DNA of 64,000 nt from Flavobacteriales bacterium (lineage in GTDB: Bacteria; Bacteroidota; Bacteroidia; Flavobacteriales_D; Sanyastnellaceae): positions 240-64,239 of the forward strand of contig JAPKCA010000001.1 in assembly GCA_028823145.1 (NCBI GenBank), in the 5' to 3' direction. Of this stretch, positions 37,882-48,200 are shown piece by piece. How positions within the stretch are numbered: position 1 is the first letter of the stretch; each line of letters opens with the position of its first letter. The translations under genes were made by a program, and so were the position numbers. Below the pieces are notes generated by a model. The model searched no databases, was not told where the DNA came from, and saw only the letters and a program-made list of their open reading frames with translations.

Positions 37882-39143
37882 GGATTTTTGATCGCACCGG
37901 ACCTCATCACGGGAACGTCTGCGACGTACTGATCCGCAATGGTCGCATCGAAAACATCGCTGACCAAATTCCAACTCAGAATGACATGATGATCTGGGAA
38001 TCACCGAATGGTGCTATTTCATCCGGTTGGATTGATGGCCAAGTCGATTTTAAAGATCCAGGAGAAGAGCAAAAAGAAGGAATTCAAAACGGACTTAACG
38101 CCGCTCTTCACGGTGGAATAGCCCATGTTGTCCTAAATACGAGCAACGAGCCGGCTGCCGACCACAAGTCGGCCATCGGATATCTTCTGGATCAAGGTGC
38201 CACATCCGTGTGTCAAGTGCATCCCTTGGGTTGCATTTCTGCAGGAACAAAGGGTGCTCAGCTTGCGGAACTGTATGATTTAGCAGAAGCTGGCGCGGTG
38301 GGGTTTTCTGACGATTGTCCCATGGATCGAACCGAGATGTTGCGCCGTGCATTGGAGTATGCTACTGAACTCAATCTCCCCATCATCACATGCCCACTCG
38401 ATTTAGGTTTGAATGCGGGAGCGGTCATGCACGAAGGAATCGTTAGCACCCAGATGGGAGTCACAGGAAATCCAACATCATCTGAAGTGATGCGCATTCA
38501 ACGTGACCTTGAAGTGCTTCGATACACGGGAGGTCGGTTGCATTTCTCTGTGGTGAGTTCTGCCGAAGGAGTTCAATTGATTCGCCAAGCGAAATCAGAA
38601 GGTCTTCAAGTGACCTGTGGCACAACGGCTCACCACCTTTACTTCACCGATGAAGATTTGAGCGGGTTTGATGGAACCCTGCGGGTTATGCCTCCTTTCC
38701 GATCGGAAAAAGCGCGAAAGGCACTTTGTGAAGGTGTTTTGGACGGCACCATAGACATGCTCGTTTCTGATCACCGTCCAGAGGACTTGGAACACGCCGA
38801 TGTCGAATTTGCCTTGGCCACTGAAGGCATGTCAGGAATCGAATCTTTGTTTGCTGTAGCTCTCAGTGCTCTGAGTCAGCATACGACTCCAGAAATCGCT
38901 CGAGATAGCATCATCCGCTCTTTGACGGAGGGGCCGCGAAATGTGTTGGGATGGGAGTCTCTTCCAATGGACATCGGATCTCCTGCGGACTTGACTTGGT
39001 TTGCGACAGATGCAGAGTGGGTGTGCTCCGAAGTCTCCAAAGGGCACAATCAAGCCAACTATGCATCGTTGCCGAACAAACCACCCCTCTGCGGAAATCC
39101 ACTCGGTGTGGTCACTTCAAAAGGACATTTTTCCCGCTTTTAA
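37854..39143 (+). CDS. Dihydroorotase-like amidohydrolase (possibly a non-catalytic PyrC'-type)
   Basis: Overall DHOase-like (GWIDGQVDFKDPGEE..KE.I..G..AAL.GG; VSDHRPE). The expected HxH metal motif reads QVD. The start METLLLKSV (37854) overlaps the upstream gene by 28 nt. Confidence 0.65.
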   Translation: METLLLKSVRIFDRTGPHHGNVCDVLIRNGRIENIADQIPTQNDMMIWESPNGAISSGWIDGQVDFKDPGEEQKEGIQNGLNAALHGGIAHVVLNTSNEPAADHKSAIGYLLDQGATSVCQVHPLGCISAGTKGAQLAELYDLAEAGAVGFSDDCPMDRTEMLRRALEYATELNLPIITCPLDLGLNAGAVMHEGIVSTQMGVTGNPTSSEVMRIQRDLEVLRYTGGRLHFSVVSSAEGVQLIRQAKSEGLQVTCGTTAHHLYFTDEDLSGFDGTLRVMPPFRSEKARKALCEGVLDGTIDMLVSDHRPEDLEHADVEFALATEGMSGIESLFAVALSALSQHTTPEIARDSIIRSLTEGPRNVLGWESLPMDIGSPADLTWFATDAEWVCSEVSKGHNQANYASLPNKPPLCGNPLGVVTSKGHFSRF

Positions 39144-39149
39144 GGCGGG

Positions 39150-39476
39150 CTACGCCTCCCCTTGTGGCCCACTGAATGTCAGCGGAAAGGCGGGGTCTTG
39201 GCTTCCATTTGGTGCTTGAATGGGGCCATTTTGCTTTTCGAACCGTTGCACATTCTCGCCCAGTGCCTGCAACAATCGTTTGGCATGGTGTGGGGCTAAA
39301 ATGATTCGACTGCGCACTTTCGCCTGAGACATGCCAGGCATCACCTGCGCAAAATCAACCACAAACTCCACAGGACTATGTGTGATCACAGCCAAATTTG
39401 AGTAGGCCCCTTGGGCTAACTCCTCAGGCAGGTCAATACTTAATTTCTTCTTCTTGGAATTGTCTTCGTTGGCCAT
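39150..39476 (-). CDS. DUF3467 domain protein
   Basis: LSIDLPEELAQGAYSNLAVITHSPVEFVVDFAQVMPG...RIILAPHHAKRLLQAL. The start is trimmed to MANEDNS. Confidence 0.7.
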   Translation of the reverse strand: MANEDNSKKKKLSIDLPEELAQGAYSNLAVITHSPVEFVVDFAQVMPGMSQAKVRSRIILAPHHAKRLLQALGENVQRFEKQNGPIQAPNGSQDPAFPLTFSGPQGEA

Positions 39477-39550
39477 GTCATGCTGTTCTTGAACCTCGAA
39501 GTTAACCCATTCGTAGGACAGATAAATGAAGGCCTTCGAATAGTCCCGAA

Positions 39551-40267
39551 TCACAGAGGGAGAGCAAGGATGTCTGTTAGCCTTGTAACGGTGCGCCAAA
39601 TCTGTTCGCGATTGCGATGACCCTTGGGATTAAAATGCACTTGACGCCACCCCGCTTCTTTTGCGCCAACCACATCGCATTCCAAATCATCACCGATCAT
39701 CACCGCACGTTCAACCGAAGAGTCGGTTTGTTCCAAGCAACATTCAAAGGCCCTGGGGTGAGGCTTCTTGTATCCCAAGGCATCACTGGTAAATACCTTT
39801 TCAAAATAAGGACCCAAACCCGAATGCTGCATTTTGATGTGTTGCACCTCATCAAATCCATTGGTGAGAATAAACATTCGATGACCGCGACTGGCTAAAG
39901 TCTTGACTACATCAAGGGCATCCGGGATGAGTTGAGTGCGAAAAGGGGCGCGTTGAACGTATGCTTCTCCCATGGCATGTGCCAACTCTTTGCCCCCATC
40001 CATATCAGGAAAACCCAATTCTTCCATGGTCCTTTGAAACCGAAGAGGGCGAAGTTGCTGTTGGTTCAATTTCCCCTCACGATAGGCTCTCCAGCATTTT
40101 TCGTTTTCCACCTCATATACTTTGATGAAGCGAGACGCGGAAATCGAATTAGGCATCACAGGTATAGCCAATTCCAAGAAAATCTCTTCCAATGCTTCTC
40201 TTGAATTGCGATCAAAATCCCACAACGTACGATCCAAATCAAAAAACAAATCTGCCTTCATCTCCAT
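39551..40267 (-). CDS. HAD-superfamily hydrolase (YjjG/pyrimidine 5'-nucleotidase-like)
   Basis: Motif I DLDRTLWDF, motif II ILTNG, motif IV GDDLECD. Confidence 0.7.
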   Translation of the reverse strand: MEMKADLFFDLDRTLWDFDRNSREALEEIFLELAIPVMPNSISASRFIKVYEVENEKCWRAYREGKLNQQQLRPLRFQRTMEELGFPDMDGGKELAHAMGEAYVQRAPFRTQLIPDALDVVKTLASRGHRMFILTNGFDEVQHIKMQHSGLGPYFEKVFTSDALGYKKPHPRAFECCLEQTDSSVERAVMIGDDLECDVVGAKEAGWRQVHFNPKGHRNREQIWRTVTRLTDILALPL

Positions 40268-40287
40268 CGGTTTTCATTGAACATAGA

Positions 40288-40737
40288 TTACTGCGGTGGA
40301 TTCGTTTCACCGAGCAACAAACTAAGAGTCGTCAAAATAAAAGACCAAACAACAAAGGCTAAGACCAACAACCATGGCATCCGAGGATCCTTGCTGTGAT
40401 ATTTCGCTGCCAAGATTGATGCAATGGGAACCGAGATCAGTCCTGAGATGGCCAAAAGCCCCCACAGTCCAAAACGTCGTTGAAATCGAACCCATCTTCT
40501 TCTTGCGGGAGTAAAGGCCTTGCGCTTCTTGTCCTTTTGATGGACCCATTCCCCCCAAACTTTTAACACCCATTTTCCGAAATGGAAAAACATCAAAACA
40601 CCGATGGCCGCACCAATTGAAGTGACCAAAATCGTCATCCACCAAGAGGCACCGCGAACCATCATCCCGGTTGGAGTCAATATGAATTTGATGATTGCTC
40701 CAACCATCCACCCCAAGGTTTCAATAGGCCCCATCAT
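40288..40737 (-). CDS. Small integral membrane protein (hypothetical)
   Basis: About four hydrophobic segments. The start MMGPIETLGW abuts the upp stop. Confidence 0.5.
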   Translation of the reverse strand: MMGPIETLGWMVGAIIKFILTPTGMMVRGASWWMTILVTSIGAAIGVLMFFHFGKWVLKVWGEWVHQKDKKRKAFTPARRRWVRFQRRFGLWGLLAISGLISVPIASILAAKYHSKDPRMPWLLVLAFVVWSFILTTLSLLLGETNPPQ

Positions 40738-41384
40738 GTCATTTTGGTTCCAAATGTCAAGTCCCCAGCATCGCCTAAACCGGGAACAATGTATCCTTTC
40801 GATGTCAAGGTATCGTCCACTGCTCCCGCCCAAATCTGAACTCCAGGAGGCAACTGGGAACGGATTTCGTCAATTCCTTCTCGACTTGCTAGCACGCAGG
40901 CAATATGGATATGAGCCGGGGTTCCAAAAGCGAGCAGTTGCTCATAAACCCGAACCATGGAAGCTCCCGTCGCCAGCATCGGGTCAGCCAAAATCAATGT
41001 TCTACCTTCCAATGAAGGTGTGCTGATGTAATCCACTTGAATCTCAAAATCATCCCCGTCCGTCTGTTGTCGGTAAGCTGCCGCAAAAGCATGATCAGCC
41101 CAATCAAATACCCGCATCATCCCCTGATGCATTGGCAGACCAGCCCTCATGATCGTTGCTAAAACCGGTTGCTCTTTCAAAACATCAACCATTGCAACCC
41201 CCAACGGAGTCTGAACCTCCTTGGATTGGTATTCCAAATGCTTTGAAATTTCCCATGCAATACACGATCCTACTCTCTCCAAATTCAAACGAAAGCGAAC
41301 ACGATCTTTTTGGATCGATTCATCACGCATCTCAGCCAAGTACGTGCTTGCAATGCTCGGTGTTTGAATCAGCTCATGTAACAT
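40734..41384 (-). CDS. upp: Uracil phosphoribosyltransferase
   Basis: PRPP loop LILADPMLATGAS and the C-terminal YIVPGLGDAGD. Confidence 0.9.
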   Translation of the reverse strand: MLHELIQTPSIASTYLAEMRDESIQKDRVRFRLNLERVGSCIAWEISKHLEYQSKEVQTPLGVAMVDVLKEQPVLATIMRAGLPMHQGMMRVFDWADHAFAAAYRQQTDGDDFEIQVDYISTPSLEGRTLILADPMLATGASMVRVYEQLLAFGTPAHIHIACVLASREGIDEIRSQLPPGVQIWAGAVDDTLTSKGYIVPGLGDAGDLTFGTKMT

Positions 41385-41404
41385 TCCTACAAGGTAATTC
41401 CAAT

Positions 41405-42760
41405 CTATTTTGGCTGGACCACTTGCAACACTTCTTTGTAAAATTCACGCCAACCTTCCCATTCCCATCGATTGCTAACCGATTCATTGTGCCAGAGCAA
41501 GGTCAGGATGCCCTGCACTTGCTCCACTTCGTCTTGAATCGATCGAACCATCAACAAAGCCTCCTTTGAAGACAGGTTCAAATACCTCATCAAGGTGGCA
41601 TCCATGATGGCAATGGGGTGCAACCAAAGGTCCATGATGCGTTCATCTTCCAAGTCATAGGCACGAAACGGACGTGACAAACCTGAACGGAAACCCGGCT
41701 GATCAGCATATCCCAGCGAATGGTCCCGATTGATACCACAAGCTTCAAGTCGCTTCCACGAGCCCGGGAATCGTTGCAACAGATAATGCTGTCGTCCGTC
41801 ATCAAGTTGGTTCCCCTTCAATTGGCCCAGCCGATTGATTTCCGACTTTAAAGTCCGGGAATCTGCAGATTCATGCGATTCAAAACTGGGGTGAATGGAA
41901 ACGTCTGCAACCTGGGTTAAATATGAAATCAATCGCCGCATTCCCTTGGAATCAAATGGAACGCCCCGGTCTTTGGAGCTTCGGTCAGCTAGCAGCATGA
42001 AATAGTGTGTGCGTAACCCAAACTTCGCATGCTGCTCTTCGATCCATTCATAGGTGTCATACGGGTCAGGTTCAGAACCCCAAAGAACACGAGGCCGTTC
42101 CAAAAAACGCTTCCATCTTCCTTTGAATAAATCTTGGATGGCCGCTCCAAAAATCAACCACGGACCTTTATGCAAATACGCAAAGGCACTATCCACATCC
42201 ATCGTCGCCCGAGCTTCATAGTGCCGATTCGAAGGCATAAAACGAGTTGCAGCAGACGCCCAATCCCGCACAACTCTTTCAATATTCGGTCGTTTCAACC
42301 AGCCTTCTGCATGCGCCAAGGAGTGCTCTCCTTGGAATCGACCCCAGCGATCTCGCTTGAGTTCATGTCCTTCCACTTGCTCTTCCATCCGTGCTGCCAT
42401 CCAAAACACCCAACTCCACCAATCGGCATGCATCTCGTTGGAAACCCCATGGGAAACCCCAAAAGGAAGTCTTGTTCCGCCTGGAGTGAGCTCCGCATCC
42501 GACCATTGCCAATCCATCTCCTCAACCCCTGATCTAGACAATAAGCCTGCATCGGGAATCCAAAGCACCTCATCACCACACATACTCGGTGTTCCACCAT
42601 AACATATATGCAAATCGCCCCCATTCTTCCAGGCTGACTCCCGATCACACCATACTGCTGGCCAGCCCAAAACAACTTCAAACACCACGTGAACCACATA
42701 GTGATGGCGCGGTGTCAACTGATCGACAGAAGGAGACCAAATCCTTACTTCTGGAACCAT
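41405..42760 (-). CDS. Polysaccharide deacetylase-like (CE4-superfamily) hypothetical protein
   Basis: ATMDVDSAF, VSIHPSF and GRQHYL resemble divergent CE4 motifs. It overlaps the wecB stop by 16 nt. The assignment is tentative. Confidence 0.45.
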   Translation of the reverse strand: MVPEVRIWSPSVDQLTPRHHYVVHVVFEVVLGWPAVWCDRESAWKNGGDLHICYGGTPSMCGDEVLWIPDAGLLSRSGVEEMDWQWSDAELTPGGTRLPFGVSHGVSNEMHADWWSWVFWMAARMEEQVEGHELKRDRWGRFQGEHSLAHAEGWLKRPNIERVVRDWASAATRFMPSNRHYEARATMDVDSAFAYLHKGPWLIFGAAIQDLFKGRWKRFLERPRVLWGSEPDPYDTYEWIEEQHAKFGLRTHYFMLLADRSSKDRGVPFDSKGMRRLISYLTQVADVSIHPSFESHESADSRTLKSEINRLGQLKGNQLDDGRQHYLLQRFPGSWKRLEACGINRDHSLGYADQPGFRSGLSRPFRAYDLEDERIMDLWLHPIAIMDATLMRYLNLSSKEALLMVRSIQDEVEQVQGILTLLWHNESVSNRWEWEGWREFYKEVLQVVQPK

Positions 42761-43851
42761 GCTTGCAAGGAGTCTGCAATGCTAATCGCCGCCTGACCTG
42801 AACCATAAAATGGCTCGTCATATGGAAGAGGCAATTCAGGCATTTGAAGGATACAATTCAATAAATCATCTGGTTGAGGACAGAGTTGCGCAAAACCACC
42901 GGAAACCAATTCACTCCATTCTGTCGTATCGCGCATCACAATCGATGGCCTGTGGAAGAAAAACGCTTCCTTTTGGAGCCCTCCTGAATCAGTCCAAACC
43001 GATGCAACCTGATGCAGCCATTTCGTCATTTGAACATATCCTGCAGGCTCCTCCACTTGTATCCCCAAACCCACGAGCTGTTTTTTCCACTCCATTCCAA
43101 AAGCCGACAACAAGGATTTGGCTGTTCTCGGATGAACAGGAAATATGACATTGAAACCCCTTTGATTCGCCACCTCACCAACTTTAAAAACCCATCTCTT
43201 CAATCGCTCGATATCATCTACGTTAGACGGCCGGTGCATCGTCCACAAGACTTGCTTGCTTCCTGCTGGAACGGCGGTGGGGGGTCCGCCAATGAACCTG
43301 GCGGTATCCAGCATCAAATCCCCACATTGACTCACCAGGATATCCGAGCGCGAACCGGTAAAAACTCCTTCTTTCCTGAGCTGATCTACGGCACCGTGAG
43401 TAGGGCAAAAAAGCACGGAGCTCAAATGATCCGTTAATACCCGATTGACCTCTTCCGGCATAGATCGATCAAAAGATCGCAATCCCGCTTCAATATGAAC
43501 AATGGGGATTCCCGCACGAGAACCGGACCAGGCACCTGCCAGTGTGGAATCGGTATCACCATACAGAATAATAGCATCAGGTTGATAGGCTGCTATGGCT
43601 GACGAGATCCCTTCCATCATCTGTCCCATTCTCACGATTGGATGGGAATCCACCTCTAGTTGGATATCCGCTTGACGAAGACCCAACTCCCGGAAAAAGA
43701 TACCTGACATGTCGTCTGACACGTGTTGACCGGTGTGCAACACCTGTTCTACCATACCATGCGATCCAGATTTGAGCGTGCGACTTAAGGCAGCGGCCTT
43801 CATCCATTGTGGTCTTGCACCGATGATGGTGAGTAGTTTTTTCATTCGCAT
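42745..43851 (-). CDS. wecB: UDP-N-acetylglucosamine 2-epimerase (non-hydrolysing)
   Basis: IIGARPQWMK, GDTDSTLAG, HIEAGLRSFD...PEE.NR are typical WecB motifs. Confidence 0.85.
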   Translation of the reverse strand: MRMKKLLTIIGARPQWMKAAALSRTLKSGSHGMVEQVLHTGQHVSDDMSGIFFRELGLRQADIQLEVDSHPIVRMGQMMEGISSAIAAYQPDAIILYGDTDSTLAGAWSGSRAGIPIVHIEAGLRSFDRSMPEEVNRVLTDHLSSVLFCPTHGAVDQLRKEGVFTGSRSDILVSQCGDLMLDTARFIGGPPTAVPAGSKQVLWTMHRPSNVDDIERLKRWVFKVGEVANQRGFNVIFPVHPRTAKSLLSAFGMEWKKQLVGLGIQVEEPAGYVQMTKWLHQVASVWTDSGGLQKEAFFFHRPSIVMRDTTEWSELVSGGFAQLCPQPDDLLNCILQMPELPLPYDEPFYGSGQAAISIADSLQAWFQK

Positions 43852-43886
43852 TGCAAACGCCGAAGGTCAAGCATTGTTGCACGCGT

Positions 43887-44552
43887 TCACAATTCTCCTT
43901 CGTCCGCAAAGCTAAAGTACCGCTCATGCGATACAATGATGTGGTCCAACAACGGACAATCCAACAATTTTCCAGCTGCATGCAGGTTTTGGGTGAGGCG
44001 ACGATCCGCATCACTTGGTTGAATATTGCCTGAAGGATGGTTGTGTATGGCGACAATCGCTGCAGCACGAAAGGCCAATCCCTTGCCGAAAATAATCTTT
44101 GGATCTGCTACAGTTCCCGTAAGTCCTCCCCGGCTGATCATCAACTCCGCCATAATCTCATTCGATCGGCGCAAAAAAAGCACCCAAAATTCTTCATGAG
44201 ACAGGCTTCCAATTTTTAATGCAAATCGATGGAACACATCCGCTGAAGATCGAATGGTTCGGGGATGGGCCGATGGCATTCCTTGCAGATGCCGTCTCCT
44301 TCCCAATTCCAAAGCCGCTGCAATCTGAACAGCCCGCGCATGACCAATACCTCGGACCATGGTAAATCCCTCCGGTGGCATGCGCCCCAATGCTTGGACA
44401 TCGTGTCCGACCAAATCGAGCAAATTCCTTCCCACAGATAGGGCCGAAGATCCTGGAGGTCCGCTTCCTATCAAGATGGCCAATAATTCCGACGTGTCCA
44501 ACGCCTGGGCACCTTTCAATAGTAATTTCTCACGAGGTCTATCCCTCTCCAT
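43887..44552 (-). CDS. radC: RadC-family JAB-domain protein
   Basis: Helix-hairpin-helix N-terminus (LSTSELLAILIGSG) and JAMM motif HNHPSG...PS..D. Confidence 0.85.
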   Translation of the reverse strand: MERDRPREKLLLKGAQALDTSELLAILIGSGPPGSSALSVGRNLLDLVGHDVQALGRMPPEGFTMVRGIGHARAVQIAAALELGRRRHLQGMPSAHPRTIRSSADVFHRFALKIGSLSHEEFWVLFLRRSNEIMAELMISRGGLTGTVADPKIIFGKGLAFRAAAIVAIHNHPSGNIQPSDADRRLTQNLHAAGKLLDCPLLDHIIVSHERYFSFADEGEL

Positions 44553-44580
44553 CGTATTTTCAAACCATCAACAATTGAAC

Positions 44581-44610
44581 AAAAAAAAAGCCTCCTGTTT
44601 CCAGGAGGCT
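44581..44610 (-). terminator. Rho-independent terminator of rpsT
   Basis: On the minus strand: agcctcctg-gaaa-caggaggct followed by a run of 9 T, 22 nt after the rpsT stop. Confidence 0.8.
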
Positions 44611-44632
44611 AGTTCGTTCAAAATCAAATCGA

Positions 44633-44884
44633 TTAGAGCTTAGCTATATAAATGGCTAGGCTTGATTTGAGATTGGAAGCTTTGTTTTTGTGGATCACGT
44701 TGTTTTTCGCCAATTTATCCAACATGGCGCTCACAACAGGCAACATTTCTGTAGCAGCTTTCGCATCCGTTGTTGCGCGCAATGCACGAATTGCATTCCG
44801 AGTCGTTTTGTGGTAGTAGCGATTGCGAAGCGCTTTCTTCCGATCTGAACGGATGCGCTTGAGTGCTGATTTGTGCTGAGCCAT
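44633..44884 (-). CDS. rpsT: 30S ribosomal protein S20
   Basis: Starts [27 protein letters not shown]. The start is trimmed to ATG 44884. Confidence 0.9.
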   Translation of the reverse strand: MAQHKSALKRIRSDRKKALRNRYYHKTTRNAIRALRATTDAKAATEMLPVVSAMLDKLAKNNVIHKNKASNLKSSLAIYIAKL

Positions 44885-44908
44885 TTCGTTTTTTCCGATA
44901 AGGGGATG

Positions 44909-44938
44909 CAAATATAGTTCATATTCAAACTCCTACAA
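44909..44938 (-). promoter_or_regulatory. Bacteroidota-type promoter of rpsT (-33 TTG / -7 TATATTTG)
   Basis: The minus strand reads TTG-N19-TATATTTG, with the -7 box ending 25 nt upstream of the ATG. Confidence 0.55.
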
Positions 44939-45242
44939 GCATTGCGGCAAATTCATGAAAGAATCTCAAATTCTAGAAAATAGAAAGGACGCACCCCTGC
45001 GTCCTTTCACCCTAACAGTCTAGTTGCATTCTTTCCGCCCAAGCAGCCTGCAAACGGCATGGGCAAATGCTTCTGCTATAATACAACCAACAATCCATTA
45101 AACATAATTTTTCATAGATGATTGGGCTTATTTTACACACCTATGAAACTTAAATCAAATATGCCATGGCACGCTAATTGCCTCGCCTGAGTTTTATCAT
45201 TCCAAACGAATCACACAGAGTTCCGTATCTTCGACCCTTCGT

Positions 45243-48200
45243 ATGAACCATCTCCACCGCCTTCAAACCCACCTATTTGCAGCGCTTTTGATGGGTGGTT
45301 CTGCCGCATTCAGTTGGGGGCAAGATTCGGCACTATTTGAAGATATATCAGCAAGTGCCGGAGTGAACTTTACTGGAGTTCATCATTCCGTTGCCATAGT
45401 TGATTATGACGGCGATGGATGGGAAGACATCTATGTGGGAAGCAAGTTTCAGAACAATTCGCTTTTCCGGAACATGGGTAATCTGACCTTTCAAGAAGTC
45501 GGTGCTTTGGCGGGCGTTGATGACCCTGGAGATTCACATGCCGTGCTTTGGGGCGATTTCAACAACGATGGCTGGCCCGATTTAATTACCGGGAACTACT
45601 TAGAAGCCAACCGATTCTATTGGAACAACGGCGATGGAACGTTCACTGACATGACCACGCAGCTGGGAGTCGGGAATACGGGACCCTGCAGGAGCTTGCA
45701 CGCCGCTGATTTTGATCAAGACGGCTGGCTAGACCTGTACGTGGTCAATATCAATAGTCAAAATGTCATGTGGCGCAATTTGGAAGGCGAGGGTTTCCAG
45801 AATCTGACCTTTCAAACCGGAACAACAGACATGGGTGTTGGCATGGGCAGCGTGTTTTTCGATGCCGATAACGATGGCGATCAAGACTTGTATTTGACCC
45901 GCGATGGAAATCAGGTCAACCGCTTTTTCAGCAACAACGGCAACGGAACTTTCACTCAAATGGCTGCTGAGGTCGGGCTCGATTTCCAAGGCAACTGCAT
46001 GGGAGTTGACGTCGCTGACATCAATCACGACGGCTGGCTTGATCTCTACATTACGGATCTGTATCCGAGTGAACTTTTCATCAACGATGGTGACGGAACA
46101 TTTACCGCGATTGGAGAATCCTCCGGAGTCAACGATATGGGCATGAGCTGGGGATGTGCTTGGCTGGATTTTGACAACGACTCGGAGTCCGACTTGTACA
46201 TCGTAAACGACTATGCTTTTGCCCCGATGTCCAACATCCTTTACCGGGGATTAGGCGACTTGGCATTCGAGGTTGTCAGTGCAGGAGATTCTGTGTTGGA
46301 GCACAACTATTCCGATTACGGTTTGGCTCAAGGGGATTTTGATCGCGATGGCGATATGGACTTAGCCGTGGCATCTACTGGCTCCATCACCCTTCCTGGT
46401 TTCACATTGCTGAAAAACCTGAATTCTTCTGGCCATTCCATCCAATTCAAACTCGAAGGGACCTCATCCAATCGAGATGCTGTCGGCGCACGAGTCACCG
46501 CCTACTTTGATGGCACAATGCGCATGGACGAAGTCAATTGTGGCCAAGGATATAGCGGAGCCAGCTCCATGGTTTTGCATTTTGGTCTTGGGTCCACCAC
46601 GGAATTGGATTCATTGCACATTCGCTGGCCCAACGGAATCAACAGCACATACGAAAGCATGGCTGCGGATTCATTGTATCATTTGGTCGAGCCTGGAGCC
46701 AACTCCTGGTTATATTATGGATGCACCGAAACCCATGCATGCAATTATCAAAGCGCCTCTGTCGAAAACGATGGCTCGTGTGAATACCCCAATGCCGGAC
46801 TGGATTGCAATGGTTCTCCATTGCCCGACTTCCCAACTTTGGAGACCCATAGCATTGCACGATTATGGAATGAAGCTCTTTTGGTGGCAATCCGAAACGA
46901 TTGGGCGCGTCCTACTGTGCACGCGCGCAACTTGTGGCACAGTTCTGCGCTGATGTATGACGCGTGGTCAGCCTTTTCAGAACCCAGCATCGTGAGTCCT
47001 CAGTCTTGGCTTTTGGGTGACACAGTGGATGGTTTTTCCATCCCCTTTTCTGGCGTGCTTGAACCGGAAAGCGATTCAGAACGTCTCATAGCTCGTCGCA
47101 GAGCTCTCAGCTTCGGCATGTATCGCTTATTGCAGCATCGTTTTGCTCTCGCCCCGCATGCACAATTGATTTCCGTTCATCTCCATTCTCAGATGGAATC
47201 CTTCGGGTATGACACGGCTTTTGTCTCCATGGATTACACGACCGGTGATTTAGAACACGATGCCGCTGCCCTTGGAAATTATTTGGCGCAGCAATACATC
47301 GCTTTTGGATTGCAAGATGGTTCACGGGAAGAAATCCAATTCCAAAACACCTATTACAATCCCATGAATTGGAATTTGGTTATGGACGAACCCGGCAACC
47401 CAAACATGTTTTTTCCAAACCGATGGCAGCCGCTGCAGTTGGCTGAATTCATCGACCAATCAGGAAATGAAGGCTCCAATATTTCACCGGACTTTCTGAG
47501 TCCAGAATGGGGGGATGTCACTCCCTTTGCCATGGACACGAGTGATACCAGCTTGTTCGAACGGCTGGGCAGTACCTACACGGTTTATCATGATCCAGGG
47601 GCTCCCCCCCAAATTAATCCATTGGTCGATTCCGATTTGGAATCCGATTACAAATGGGGACATGTACTGGTCGCCCAATGGTCCTCCCATCTCGACCCTT
47701 CAGACAGTGTTGTATGGGATATCAGCCCCGGAGCTTTTGGACGCAATGGAGACACGCCTACCACTATGGAAGAAGCGCGGCTCTACTACCTCACAGAAGA
47801 AGGCGGAATGGCGCCTGGAGAAGGTGAAGTGGGCCATCCGTACAATCCAACCACCAATGAGCCATATGCTCCACAATCTGTTTTGCGTGGGGATTTCACG
47901 CGCGTCCTAGCCGAATTCTGGGCAGATGGGCCCGAATCAGAAACTCCTCCTGGTCATTGGTTTACATTGATGAATTATGTCAATGACCAGCCTTCCACCT
48001 TGAGGAAATGGCGTGGTACGGGAGAATCCATGTCTCAACTGGATTGGGATGTCCTGGGCTACTTTGCAATGGGTGGCGCTATGCATGATGCAGCCATTTC
48101 AGCTTGGAGCATCAAAGGATGGTACGACTACGTACGCCCTGTATCGGCATTGCGATGGATGGCTGAAGGCGGTCAAAGTAGTGACCCAGAGCTCCCCAAT

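Noticed and set aside
40322-40711. 129-aa alternative-frame ORF within the small membrane protein gene
   Set aside because: It is on the same strand in a different frame. The 40288..40737 frame gives coherent TM helices and abuts the upp stop.
44983-45008. Perfect 11-bp hairpin (gaaaggacgca-cccc-tgcgtcctttc) in the rpsT / 45243 divergent intergenic region
   Set aside because: It lies between two divergently transcribed genes and has no proper T-tract on the plus strand, so it cannot be called a terminator. It may be an orphan terminator remnant or a regulatory stem, but there is not enough evidence to call a feature.
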